Source: the human T2T-CHM13v2.0 reference genome, Homo sapiens. Taken from it: DNA of 64,000 nucleotides. The position numbers were made by a program, and so were the translations under genes. The notes beneath the pieces are model-generated. The model saw only the letters and a list, made by a program, of their open reading frames with translations, ran no database searches and had not been told where the DNA came from. Positions 1-15,121 of this stretch are shown here, one piece after another; positions within the stretch are counted from its first letter, which is position 1; every line of letters begins with the position of its first letter. Location of the stretch: the NCBI RefSeq assembly GCF_009914755.1, contig NC_060947.1. One strand, 5' to 3'.

Positions 1-589
1 AGCTACAGAAATAATTGAATTTAAGTGTGAAAATACCACCTCCTTTACCACCACTACTAAATGCAAAAAGAAAGAGAAAATGAATAAAGTGTATGAATCA
101 ATTCAGCTATTAATAAGCATTCTTAAGACACCAAAAGGGCTTTATAGGGATAACATATATCACAGGTCTTTGATGGTTCATTCCTTCTTGTCTATTTTAA
201 ATATCAGTTTTATTGCACGTGTTGAATGTGCAGTCACATAAAAATTAATGTCTATAGAATGTGATTATTTTCTGCACACCCTGTTTGTTGACACATAAGT
301 TAACTTCAAATGATTATTCGGTAAGCTAGCATTAGGTCATAGGTACTTGAAAATTACTTCTGGAGCTAGTCCAATTCTGAGGAAAAGTTGATTAGAGGAA
401 AAGGCCTACCATTATCTAGCTAAAAGTTGGCTCTTTATAATGAGACCTATAGGTCCCAAAACATGCTTCTAGTGATTGGCTAAAGTAGACTAATTCTCCA
501 AGGATAACAATGCCAGCTAACTATAGTGTTTGCTGTATGCTAGGTTACCTAGTGCTGTAGGTTCTATGCATTAGTTTCAGCTTGTCAGT

Positions 590-3240
590 TTCTACAAAAA
601 TGCCTGCTGCTGTGAATTGGCTATTTTGCTTAATTTATAGATCAACTTGTGCAAAATTGCCTTCTGACAATGTTGAGTCTTCCAGTCCAGGAACCTGAAA
701 TGTTCATGCTGAATTTATGCCTGAGTATTTTATTCTTTTGATGCTATTGTAAATTGAAAGGTTTTATTAATTTGATTTGAAGACTGCTGCTAATATATAG
801 AAATACAATTGAATGTATATATTTTTATTTTATCTTGTGACCTCACTGAACTTGTCTATTAGTCATAGTACTTTTTGTGGGATACTTTGGGATTTTCCAT
901 ATACAGAATAAAGACTGTTTTCGACTGTTTTAGTACTTCTTTTCTTTTAATATCTTTTCTTTTCTCTGTCGAGTACAGTGGCATGATCATGGCTCACTGC
1001 AGCCTTGGCCTACCCGGGCTCAGCCTATCTCAGCCTTCCAAGCAGCTGGGAATACAGGTGTGTGCCATCACGCCTGGTTAATTTTTTTTTCTGGATTTTT
1101 TTGTAGAGACAGGTTTTGCCATGTTGCTCAGGATGGTCTTGAACTACTGGCTACTTATTTTCTTATGTGGGTGCCTTTATTTTTCCAGCCTTATTTTACT
1201 GGAAGGATCTCCAGTATAATTTAGACTAGATCTGTCAAAAGAAGATATCTTTTCTTGTTTCAGTTGTAGGGGAAATCATTCCATCTTTCACAATAAGCTA
1301 AAATGCTAGCTGTGAGTTTCAATAGTTATTCATTATCAAGTTGAGGAAGTATTCTTCTATTCTTAGCTGTTTAAATGTTTTCATTAAGAAAGTGTGCTGA
1401 ATTGTGTTACATAATTTTTCTGTACCTATTGAGATGGTAATGTGATTTTTCACTCTTTTTTCTACTAGTATAGTGTATTACATGCATTCATTTTCATATG
1501 TTAAATTAACTTTGCCTTTCTAGTAATTCTACTTGATCATAGTGTGTATACTTTTTAAAAAATCCACTACTGACTTTGGATTGCTAAAATTTTCTTAAAG
1601 ACTTTTGTATCTAGGAAATGAGTTATGGAGTGCTTCCTCCTCTTCTATTTCCTAAGTTTACGGAAAATTGATATTATTTTAACTTTAATTGAAAGAATTC
1701 ACCAGTGAAGCCATCTCGACTTGGACTTTAACTTTGGGAAAGATTTGTAATCACTAATTCAATTTCTTTATGTGTTATAAGTTTGTTCGTATTTTCTACT
1801 TATTCTTGAGTCAGTTATTATCATGTGTCTTTCTAGGAATTTGTTCATTTCATCTATTAGTATAATTTACGGGAATGAAAGTTTTCATAATTCTTCTATC
1901 CTCTGGGGACTCATATTTGGTACAGTTGACGTGTACCACAGGTATCAGAGGCTCTATGTTTTGGAATAATTTTTCTCTGTTTTTAAGATTGGATAATTTC
2001 TATTGATCTATCCTCAGGCTCATTGAATTTTCTGTTACCTCTATTCTAATGTTGACGTCTTCTAATTAATTTTGCATTTCAATTTTTATACTTTTTGATT
2101 TTACGATATTATTTTACTCTTTTTATATAATTTACTTATGATAGATATAATTCTTATATTCTTAAATATAAGAATTTATATTTGTTGAATCATTGTTGTC
2201 ATAGTTTCCTTTAATTATTTAAGTATGCTGTTTAAAAATGTTGTAACATATTGATAATTGCTGCCTTGAAGTCTTTGTCTGGTAAATACAATATTCTAGT
2301 ATGCTGAGAGATAGTTTTCTATTGACATTTCTTCCCGTCTATGGGGCACAATATCTGTTTTCCTGCATGCCTTTCAATTCTTTGTGGAAAAATAATATTT
2401 TAGGTAATATAGCAAATTTGTTATTAATTTTGTTCCTAGAGGTTTCTGTTGTTGCTGTTTATTTGTTTAGTGACCCACCTGAGCTAATTCTGTGAAATCT
2501 GTCTTCCTTGCCACACATAGCTGCTGTTGTCTCAGCTCAGTTTTAAATGAATTAATTTCTTTGTTTATTTACTTACTTATACTCTCATTTATAATTTTAA
2601 ACCCGACTTTCTAGGGGTTTCCTCTGTGTCTGAATCATTTAATGATCAGACAATAATTCTACAGAGCTCGTATGTGACAATCTTGAGACAGTAACCCTTT
2701 GGTCTTCTGCAAATCAATCTGTACAAGGGTAGGGGAGCACATTCAAAGCTCAGATGATTTGCAAGCCTGCTTCATCTTTTATTTTCCATGGAGCCTTTCT
2801 TGATATCTGATGTGCAGCCTCAGGTTTGTCCAGGATTATGTGGTGGCCCCCTCTGGCCTTCACTTCACATGCACATGGCTTCAGCCAGGAATATGTTGTA
2901 TCCCACATACTATAGTAACCTCAATACTAGCGCCATTGGGCCTTCCCTCCTCCCTTGCCTTGGGAAACCTTGTTTCCACCTTGTCTATCTCAGAAAAGAA
3001 CATGCTGTTCCTTAGAAACTGCCCCGTCTTGGCAGAATTCTTATTTCAACTGGACTCAAGAGTGGACCAGAACAGCACAGATTCTTACTGTTCTTACTCA
3101 AATTTCATCAGTTTTTCCAACACAAGTGCTTCTGAGATTGTTGAAAACCATTTTACAAAGATTTACAAAGCATTGAAATGGTTATTTCTATCAATTTTTC
3201 CAGCTCTATAGTTGGTTCTGGAGAAGAGGATTTGCCAGTC
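590..3240 (-). mobile_element. Old, fragmented L1M-type LINE-1 (antisense)
   Basis: T-rich antisense L1 motifs such as 'gacaatgttgagtcttccagtcc', 'tcaagttgaggaagtattcttctattc' and 'gaattcaccagtgaagccatct'. Boundaries approximate. Confidence 0.6.
950..1152 (-). mobile_element. Partial AluJ-like SINE
   Basis: 'gagtacagtggcatgatcatggctcactgcagcc...ttgtagagacagg...gccatgttgctcagg' is antisense Alu; the left arm is truncated. Confidence 0.85.
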
Positions 3241-3573
3241 TTTTGCTAGGAGTAAGTACAAGTCCCATCTTTTTTACAAAGTGCAATTAGTGGTGAGAGA
3301 AAAAAAAGCTTCATTTATTTTGTGATAAAATCAGTTTTATTGCTATTTAAGAACTCTTGCCCTATTTTCAGATTTCCTGCATATGTTAATAATATGTTAC
3401 TAGTTTTTAAAGTAGATGTTTTATTCTCAGAATACCAAGTATATTTTAAATAATGAAAATATATTATCCACTCAAAATTGTCTGAATTACTTTGGTGTAT
3501 AATAAAAGAATAGTGAAGAAACCAACACTCATATACACATAACCCAATTTAAGAAATAGAACATTTCTAGTAC

Positions 3574-4315
<742 letters not shown>

Positions 4316-5062
4316 GTACCTTTGAAGCCCTTTTATAATCTATGACTAACTATATCTATTTTCCTCTCCTCTGTGGAAATTTTGTATTGATCATCTTTCT
4401 TTTTTTAATAATTTCACTACCAATGCATGTATCACCCAAACAATATATTGTTTAACATAGCCAGTTGTGGTTTTTAAATTTTGTTTTGCTTATTTTCACA
4501 TTGAAAAGCTCCACATAAATTTGTTGTACAGGCAAAGTAGAGAACCATTTCTCTAGAGGCAGGTATCCACCATACTGTTTGGAGCACTACCCATCATGAC
4601 CATTTTAAACAAAATTTTCAGCTTGGGGGATTTTTGTGCCATGCAGATAATGTGGATTTTGCTTCCAGACTCACATTAGGTTGGGCTTGAGCTTAGGAAT
4701 TCTTAGGAGAATATTTTTCTTTTCTTTTCTTTTTTGCATTTCTACATAACTAAGGCTGCTAGTTCAATACCCCCATAATATCTCTCTTCAAATTGGATTT
4801 TATTTTGTAGCTCAACACCTGAGGATGTTTTCTTTGAGGGATATTTTGGCCTTTTAAAGAGAGTCTTCAATTTAAAACTTCTTCCATCTTTTACACATCT
4901 CAGTGTTTGTCTGCTTTCCTCTTGGAAGAGCTCATTAAAATTTAAAGCTTAATTTTAAGGGAAAACACCTGCTTACCTCTCAGCATTAACACTATCTCAT
5001 AGTTTCTGGTCTCAAATCTGTCTCTTGTCTTCCCACGAGCTCAGTCACAGTTACACATTTTA

Positions 5063-5425
5063 TTTTATTTTTTAAGCAGCTTCACTGAAGTATAATTGAT
5101 ACACAAAGAACTGCACATATTTAATGTGTGCAATTTCAGGAGTTTGAACATAGGCAGCACCGTGATACCATCATCATATTTAAACTGATAGACATATTTA
5201 ACACATCCTAAAGTTTTCTTGTGCCCCCCCCTTTTTTGTTGTATGTGTGTCCATGTGTGTGCATGGCAAGAACACATAAAATAAGATCCACCCTCTTAAC
5301 GAACTTTGATATTCACAATATTATATTGTTAACTGTAGGCACTATGTTTTACACCAGATTTCTAGAAATTATTCCTCCAGCAAAACTGATGAGGCTTTAT
5401 ATCCATTGAGCAATAACTCCTCATT
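5063..5425 (-). mobile_element. L1M 3' end fragment
   Basis: 'cagcttcactgaagtataattgatacacaaagaactgcacatatttaatgtgtgcaattt' matches an antisense L1M terminus. Confidence 0.7.
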
Positions 5426-5986
5426 TTAAAGACATTTTAAATATTTTATTCAGCACGTTTTGGCCTTCTGTGTCAGATGTCTTTCCCTGCACCCAGTTCA
5501 ATGTATTACATGAAACAGAAACCCAAATAATTTATATGGAATGAGTAGTATGACGTGCATTCCAAAGGAAATTCTGAATTGATTTTCCAACAGAGACACT
5601 TATCAACTAAGAAAAAAAGAGGTGATAATATATTAAAACAATGGATACTTTTGATAACATAGTCCATAAAATCTATGACTTGCAGTTAGCCCAGTGTGCT
5701 TCTCAATAAAATCAGTGACACCTTTAGTGGGAATTTTGGAAAGCATTATGAGAACCTTTGATTGTCATAATAATGAGAGAGCTTTTGGAATTTGGTTAGA
5801 GGTAAGGAGTGATAGATTACATGCAAGCCTAGGGAAAATGCTGAATATTGACTTTGAATGCCTTTTGAATGTCCCATCACATATTCATGTAGGTGAAAAC
5901 TCTGTCTATAAGTTATGTCAGTCTAGAACCTGACTCCCTGTTACACTAAAACTTAATGTAATTCAGCAAAATTTTAATACCCTGAA

Positions 5987-6187
5987 TTTCTTTTCTTTTC
6001 TTTGTTGTTGTTTTTGTTTGTTTGTTTGTTTGTTTTTTTAGAGACATGGTCTTGCTCTGTTGCCCAAGCTGGAGTAAAGTGGCATGATCATAGCTCACTG
6101 CAACCTCTAACTCCTGGGCTCAAGTTATCCTCCCGCCACAGCCTTCCAAAGTGCTGGAATTACAGGTATGAGCCATCACGTTTGGCC
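5987..6187 (-). mobile_element. Alu monomer (FRAM/FLAM-like) with (GTTT)-type tail
   Basis: Single antisense Alu arm 'gagacatggtcttgctctgttgcccaagct...agccatcacgtttggcc'. Confidence 0.85.
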
Positions 6188-7514
6188 ATAAATTTTCAAC
6201 AAAAGCAATTATGAAGTAGGTCAAGTATCTGGTTTTGTATGTAATTTTATGTTTATTTATAATTTTGAAAAACTATTTCACCGATGTTAACCTTAATTTG
6301 TGATATATGAGTGGCTACCAGAGGATACCTGTACCAACCTGTACTTGTAGCTGTCATTCTTACAGTGACTTATATATTTCTGTATTTTAACCCTGATTTT
6401 AAATGATCAAATGTAAGGAACAAAAATAAAACAAAAATGCCTAAATATTTGATATTTGGTTGTATAGCTTCAACAAAATATTTCTAATAATGTCTAGTCT
6501 ACCTTTGTTCCCTAAGTGAGTTATAAAGTCAACAAGATTAAGTGAATATTTTATTTTAGAAAGCGTGCTGATAATGTTGGCAAAGACATGTCAAAATTCT
6601 TAGAAAAAAAAGGAAAAGTTTGAAAGGTGTACTACTTTAACTGGAATTTTAAAATTTTCTAATCAAAAGAGTAAAGTTCTCATTGTTTTTATAGAATACG
6701 CAGATAACTGTAAAGTGTGGGAAGACACACAATATTGGTGAAAAAAATGTATCTTACCAAGTCTATGAGAGGTTACTAGTAGAATGATCATCTGTGTGAA
6801 ATCTTGCTAAAATATTTCTTATAGTCTACTGAGAATTTTTTACTGCTTTGAGAAGAATTGATTAGTTGATTAAAATACTGAAAATGGGCTATGTAATAAA
6901 CTATAGTAAACAAATTTTATTACAAATAAGTGAAAGCTTCCTGCACAAATAATTAAGCTGTACTGTTCACCACAGAGATTCGTAAGGGATAAAATGATTA
7001 AAGAAGAATTTATTTTAAATTAGAGACAATGGATGCCAAGGGATTGCCAACATTTTAAATTCTTAACAAATTCTGTGGAAAAAAAATGCTTTTCAATTTT
7101 CATTGCTCATACAACAGCTGGTGCACCAAACATGGCTGGTAGGCCACATAGGTATATAGTAAACCAAAATAATAGTACAAGGTGTTTCAGTTACACAGCC
7201 TATTATTCACTGTCTACAATTAGGCATAAGCATATTGGTGAAAGTGGTACAAATCAAAAAATGCTATCAGTGCTGTTAATTAAACTAAGAGAAAACCCGT
7301 ATATTATTACTTCATAAATTGCACAATAGCAGTGAAGAAAAATTGGAATGCTGTAGCTTAATTTACAAGCAAGATAATTTTCCAAAGAAAATTGTTTGCA
7401 AAGACTGTGTTTACTATTAGATACAGTACTTTGGAATTTATAAAATTTAGTTATCATGAAATTAAACATTGAAATTAAAATGTTCAAAGATGATGTGATG
7501 TATCTTTGAATTAT

Positions 7515-7593
7515 ATTAAGTTAAACCATGAGAAATTGCGTATATCCAATTTCTCATCTGCTCAATCCAAAATTACATGTGATTCATATTAAT
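7515..7593. mobile_element. Short MITE-like imperfect palindrome (MER53-like)
   Basis: The ends 'tattaagttaaaccatgagaaattg' and 'aattacatgtgattcatattaata' are degenerate inverted repeats. Confidence 0.35.
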
Positions 7594-8299
7594 ATTTGTA
7601 AAAGAAAATGAAGTCTTCTTAAATGTCAAAGAAATTACATTTTATTATTGGAAGGAAAATATAAGATTATAGAAAAATTTACATTATTTAAAAATAATAT
7701 TGTGTGCTAAGGATTTCAGATTTCATCTTTGCTTCAATTAAATAAGAATGGGTTTAAAATATTGATTTGGTAATACATTGTTGTCATTTCCATGCTATTA
7801 AAATATATGATGAGTAGACTTAAATATCTATGTGAAATTAAGATGCCAGTTTAAGTGATCATCCCTTTTAAATTCATATACAACATATGAGTATTTATTT
7901 GCAGAGTTAACTGCTCTTTAAAAAATGAGTTGAGGAAAAAGTTTAATCTGTATATTTACAAAGAACTTTTTATGCTCTTAAAATTTCATAGCCATTGTTG
8001 AAAGAAATTATGTACTATATCATTTTCAACCTCATATTTAGTTGAAAAAAATTCTGGGAAGTGGTATAGCAACTGAAAAAGAAGTTAAGTGAGTTGCAAC
8101 TCTGTAAGGGAGATTTTTAAAAAAGTAAACTTAAGACCAAATATGTTTAAAAGAACAGATACCCAGCTATATCCTTAAATTTCACTAACTGAAATTTGTT
8201 TTAAAATTCACGTTATTGACATCTCTCTAAATTTATTTTTGAAAATATTTTGTACTGATGAGATTTCTATTTTATTCTTTTTATAGCTGTCTGTTTTTG

Positions 8300-10618
<2,319 letters not shown>

Positions 10619-10913
10619 TTTTCTATGTCTTGGCTATTGTGAATAATGCTGTAATGGACCTGTAAATGCAGATATATCTTCAAAATACTAATTTAAATTC
10701 CTTTGGATATAAAACCGAAAGGGGAACTGCTATATCATAGGGTAGTTTTATTTATTTATTTTTTTCAGAATCCTTCATACTGTTTTCCATAATGGCTGTA
10801 TCAACTTACAAACCCACCAACTCTGTTCTCTATATGGAGAAAATGGATATGTTCCCTTTTCTCCATATCCTCACCAATGCTTACGATCATTTAACTTTTT
10901 GATAATAGCCACC

Positions 10914-13254
10914 AGTATTAGTCCCTTCTTGCACTGCTATGAAGAAGTACCCAAGACTAGGTAATTTTTAAAGGAAAGAGGTTTAATTGACTCACATTTC
11001 CACATGGCTGGGAAGGTCTCAGGAAACTTACAATCTTAGTGGAAAAGGAAGCAAATACATCCTTCTTCACAATGGGGCAGGAGAGAGAAATGCTCAGCAA
11101 AGGGGGGGAAGCCCCTTATAAAACTGTCAGATCTCATGATAACTCACTCACTATCATGAGAACAGCATGAAGGTAACCAGCCCCATGATTCAATTACCTC
11201 CCACAAAGTCCCTCCCAGCACACGTGGAGATTATGGGAACCACAATTCAAGATGATATTTAGCTGGGGACACAGCCAAACCATATAATTCTGCCCGTGGT
11301 CCCTCCCAAATCTCATGTCCTCACATATCAAAACAAAATCATGTCCTTCCACCAGTCCCTCAAAGTCTTAACTCATTGCAGCATTAACTCAAAATTCCAA
11401 GTCCAAAGATGCATCTGGGACAAGCCAAGTACCCACTGCCTATAAGCCTGTAAAATCAAAAGCAAGTTAGTTACTTCCTAGATACAATGGAGGTATAGGA
11501 ATTGAGTAAATACAGCCATTTCAAATGGGATAAATTGGCCAAAACAAAGGGGCTACAGGCCCCATGCAAGTCCGAAATCCAATGTGGCAGTCATTAAACC
11601 TTAAAGTTCCAAAATGATCTCCTTTGACTCCATATCTCACATCCAGGGCATGCTGATAAAAATGGTGGGCTCCCATGGCCTTGGGCAGCTCTGCTCCTGT
11701 GGCTTTGCAGGGTACAGCTCCACTCCTGGCTGCTTTCACAGGCTGGCATTGAGTGTCTGTGGTTTTTCCAGGCACATAGTGCAAGCAGTTGGTAGATCTA
11801 CCATTCTGGGGTCTGGAGGACGGTGGCCCTCTTCTCACAGCTCCACTAGGTAGTGTTCCAGTGGGGGGGACTCTATGTGGGGGTTCCAACCTCACATTTC
11901 CCTTCCACACTGCTCTAACAGAATTTCTCCATGAGGATTCTGTCCCTGCAGCAAACTTCTGCCTGGACATCCAGGTGTTTCCATAAATCCTTTGAAATCT
12001 AGGCCAAGGTTCTCAAACCTCAATTCTTAACTTCTGTGCACCTACAGGCCCAACACCACGTGTAAGCCGGCAAGGCTTAGGGCTTGCACTCACTGAAGCA
12101 ATGGACTGAGCTATACATGGCCCGTTTTAGCCATGGCTGGAGCTGAAGCAGCTGGGATGCAGGGTACCATGTCCTGGGGCTGCATAGAGAAGAGGGTTCC
12201 TGGGCCCAGCCCAGAAAACCGTTTTTCCCTTCTAGGCCTCTGGGCCTATGATGAAAGAGACTGCTGTGAAAGTCTCTGACAAGCCCTGGAGACATTTTCC
12301 CCATTTGCTTGGTGATTAATATTTGTGTCCTCATTACTTATGAAAATTTCTGCAGCCAGCTTGAATTTCTTCGCAGAAAATGGGGTTTTATTTTCTATTG
12401 CATTGTCAGACCGCACATTTTCATACTTTTATGCTCTGCTTCCTCTTGAAAGCTTTGCTGCTTAGAAATTTCTTCTGCCAGATACACTAAATCATCTCTC
12501 TCAAGTTCAAAGTTGCATAGATCTCTAGGGCAGGGGCAAAATGCCACCAGTCACTCTGCATAGCAAGAGCGACCTTTACTCCAGTTTCCAAGAAGTTCCT
12601 CATCTCCATCTGAGACCACTTCAACCTGGACTCCATTGTGCATGTCACTATTAGCATTCTGGTCAAAGCCATTCAACAAGTTTCTAGGAAGTTCCAAAGA
12701 TTCCCACATCTTTCTGTCATCTGAGCCTTCCAAGTCTCTAGAAGTTCCAAACCTTCCCACATTTTCCTCTCTTCTGAGACCTCCATCTGTTCCAATCTCT
12801 GCCTGTTTCCCAGTTCCAAAATCACTTTCACATTTTCAGGTATCTTTACAGCAGCACCCCACTCTCTGTGGTACCAATTTACTTATTAGTTCCTTCTCAC
12901 ACTGCTATGGAGAAATACCTGAGACTAGGTAATTTATAAAGGGAAGAGGTTTAATTGACTCACAGTTCTGCATAGCTGGGAGGGCCTCAGGAAACTTACA
13001 ATCATGGCAGAAGGGGAAGCAAACACATCCTTCTTCACAAGGTGGCAGGGGTGAGAAGTTCCAAGCAAAGGGGAAAAGCCCCTTTTAAAATCATCAGATC
13101 TTGTGAGAACTCACTCATTAACAGGAGAAACGCATAAAGGTAACTGCCCCCCTGATTCAATTAACACCCACCTGGTCTCTCCCATGACACGTGGGGGTTA
13201 TGGGAACTACAATTCAAGAAGAGATGTCGGTTGGAACACAGGCAAACCATATCA
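10914..13254 (-). mobile_element. Complete THE1 (THE1C/D-like) MaLR element: LTR-int-LTR
   Basis: LTRs at 10914-11287 and 12883-13254 ending 'aaaccatat(c/a)a'; ~1.6-kb internal region; 5-bp TSD ccacc/ccatc. Removing it restores host L1 'gataatagccatcctaacagg'. Confidence 0.93.
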
Positions 13255-13654
13255 CCATCCTAACAGGAATAAAGTGATATCTCATTGTGCTTTTTACTTG
13301 TATTTCTCTGATAGTTAGTGATGTTGAGTACCTTTTCATGTACTGGCTGGCCATTTGTATAACTTCTTTAGAAAAATGTCTATTCAGTTCCTTTGTCCGT
13401 TATTCAAATTAGGTTATTTGCTGTTGTTGCTGTTGTCTTACTATTGATTTGGATGAGTTTCTTATATATTTTGGATATTAACACCTTATCTTATATATAG
13501 TTTGCAAATATTTTCTTCCATTTGTAAGTTGCCTTTTTATTTTTTTGAGTTTTTTCTTCGCTGTGCAGAAAAATTTTGGTTGAATATGGCACCACTTCTT
13601 TATTTTTGCTTTTGTTGTCTCTGCTTTTGCAGTCATATTCATCAAATCTTTGCT

Positions 13655-13787
13655 TATATATGTGTATATATGCATATGTGTGTATATATACACACATATA
13701 TACACACATATATATACATACACATTTATGCAATATATATACATATGTATATATGCAATGTGTGTATGTGTGTATATATACATATCT
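13655..13787. repeat. Compound (TA)/(CA)/(TG) microsatellite
   Basis: Directly visible alternating purine-pyrimidine tract. Confidence 0.9.
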
Positions 13788-14412
13788 CAGTCAGCTCTAA
13801 ATAAGAAGGAAAACCTCCCTTTTGGGACAACATGGATGAACCTGGAGGATATCATACAAAGTGAAATAAGCCAGACACAGAAAGACAAATACTGAATAAT
13901 CTCACTTATGTGTGGAATCTACAGAAGTCAAACTCATAGGAAAAGAAAGCAGAAATGTGATTGCTAGGTGTTATGTGGTGGGGAAATGGAAAGATTTTTG
14001 TCAATGGGTAAAGCACCTCAGTTATAAAATAAATAACTTCTGAAGACCTAATGTGCAACATGGAAACCTAGAGTTAATAATAATGTATTGTATACTTGAA
14101 ATTTGCTTAGTGTGTAGATTTTAAATGTTCTCACCACAAAAAATGGTAAGTATATGAGGTAATTGTTGTATTAATTACCTTAATTGTGGTACTCACTTCA
14201 CTGTATACATATATAAAAACATTATGTTGTATACCTCAAATATATGCAATTTTATTTCTCATTTATACTTCAATAAACCTGGGGGAAAACAGAAAATATT
14301 CATACTATTTTACACCGTTCTTTTTTCATGTTTCCCCATGTACAGTGCAAGCTCCTCAAAGGTAATAATTATATCTCAATAAGTTATTTTATGCTTTAAA
14401 AATAAGCAAAAA

Positions 14413-15115
14413 AATACAATTGACTTTATATTAACCTTGCATACTGTAACCTTGCTATAATCACTAAGTAGTTCCAGGATGCTTTTGCTGATTATCTGGA
14501 ATTTTCTACATAGATAATACTGTCAGCTCTGAACAAGGACAGATTTATTTATTCCTTCTTGATCTATATAAATTTGATTTACTTTTCTTGTCTTACTGTC
14601 TTAGCCAGGACTTAACTAAAATGTTGAATAAAAGTAGTGAGAGCAAACAACCTTTCTTTTTTCGTGTTCTTGGTGGGATGACATTATTTCTCGTCATTAT
14701 GATGTTAGTTGCCAATTTTTTAATTGTTTATCAAGTTGAGGAAGTTTCCCTAATTACTAGTTTGATTAAAGTTATCGTAAATGGATGTTGGATTTTGTAA
14801 AATACTTTTTAAAATCGATTGATATTATTGTATAATGTTTCTTCTTTAGACTGCTGATGTGATATATTACATTATTTGAATGATGAACCACACTGGCATA
14901 CCTGAAATAAATCCCACGTTGTGGTATTTAATTATTTTTATACATTGTTGGATTTTGGTTTCTACTATGAGTATTTTGTTCAGGATTTTTGCATCTATGC
15001 CCATGAAAGACATTGACCCATAACTTTCTCTTCCTGTAGTATCTTTACTTTTGGTTTTAAAGTAATTTTGACTTCACAGAATAATGTACAAAGTGTTCCC
15101 ACTGCTTTTATTCAT
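14413..15115 (-). mobile_element. Continuation of the L1MC-type element
   Basis: 'aatacaattgactttatattaaccttgcatactgtaaccttgctataatcac' resumes the antisense L1 broken at 10618. Confidence 0.75.
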
Positions 15116-15121
15116 GCATGG

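Larger units (their letters stand above)
5692..8290 (+). mobile_element. Decayed hAT-Charlie DNA transposon (transposase remnant)
   Basis: TIR-like 'cagtgtgcttctcaa' at 5692. Translated remnants GKTHNIGEK (~6719; cf. Charlie/Buster KPHTIGE) and TTAGAPNMAG (~7110; cf. hAT TDGAxxMxG). Right end uncertain. Confidence 0.55.
10619..14412 (+). mobile_element. 5'-inverted L1MA-type insertion (antisense 10619-13652, sense ~13655-14295, extra 3' tail)
   Basis: Antisense L1 3' ORF2 segment followed by the sense L1MA 3' UTR ('acaacatggatgaacctggaggat...caataaacctgggggaaaa'). Bracketed by aa(g/a)aatacaatt at 10607-10618 and 14410-14421. Confidence 0.75.

Noticed and set aside
12676-12785. ~55-bp tandem duplication in the THE1 internal region
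   Set aside because: As I recall, this is a feature of THE1/MST internal consensuses rather than locus-specific.
13478-13895. Multiple Tyr/Ile/His/Cys-rich ORFs
   Set aside because: Translation of a dinucleotide microsatellite and flanking L1.
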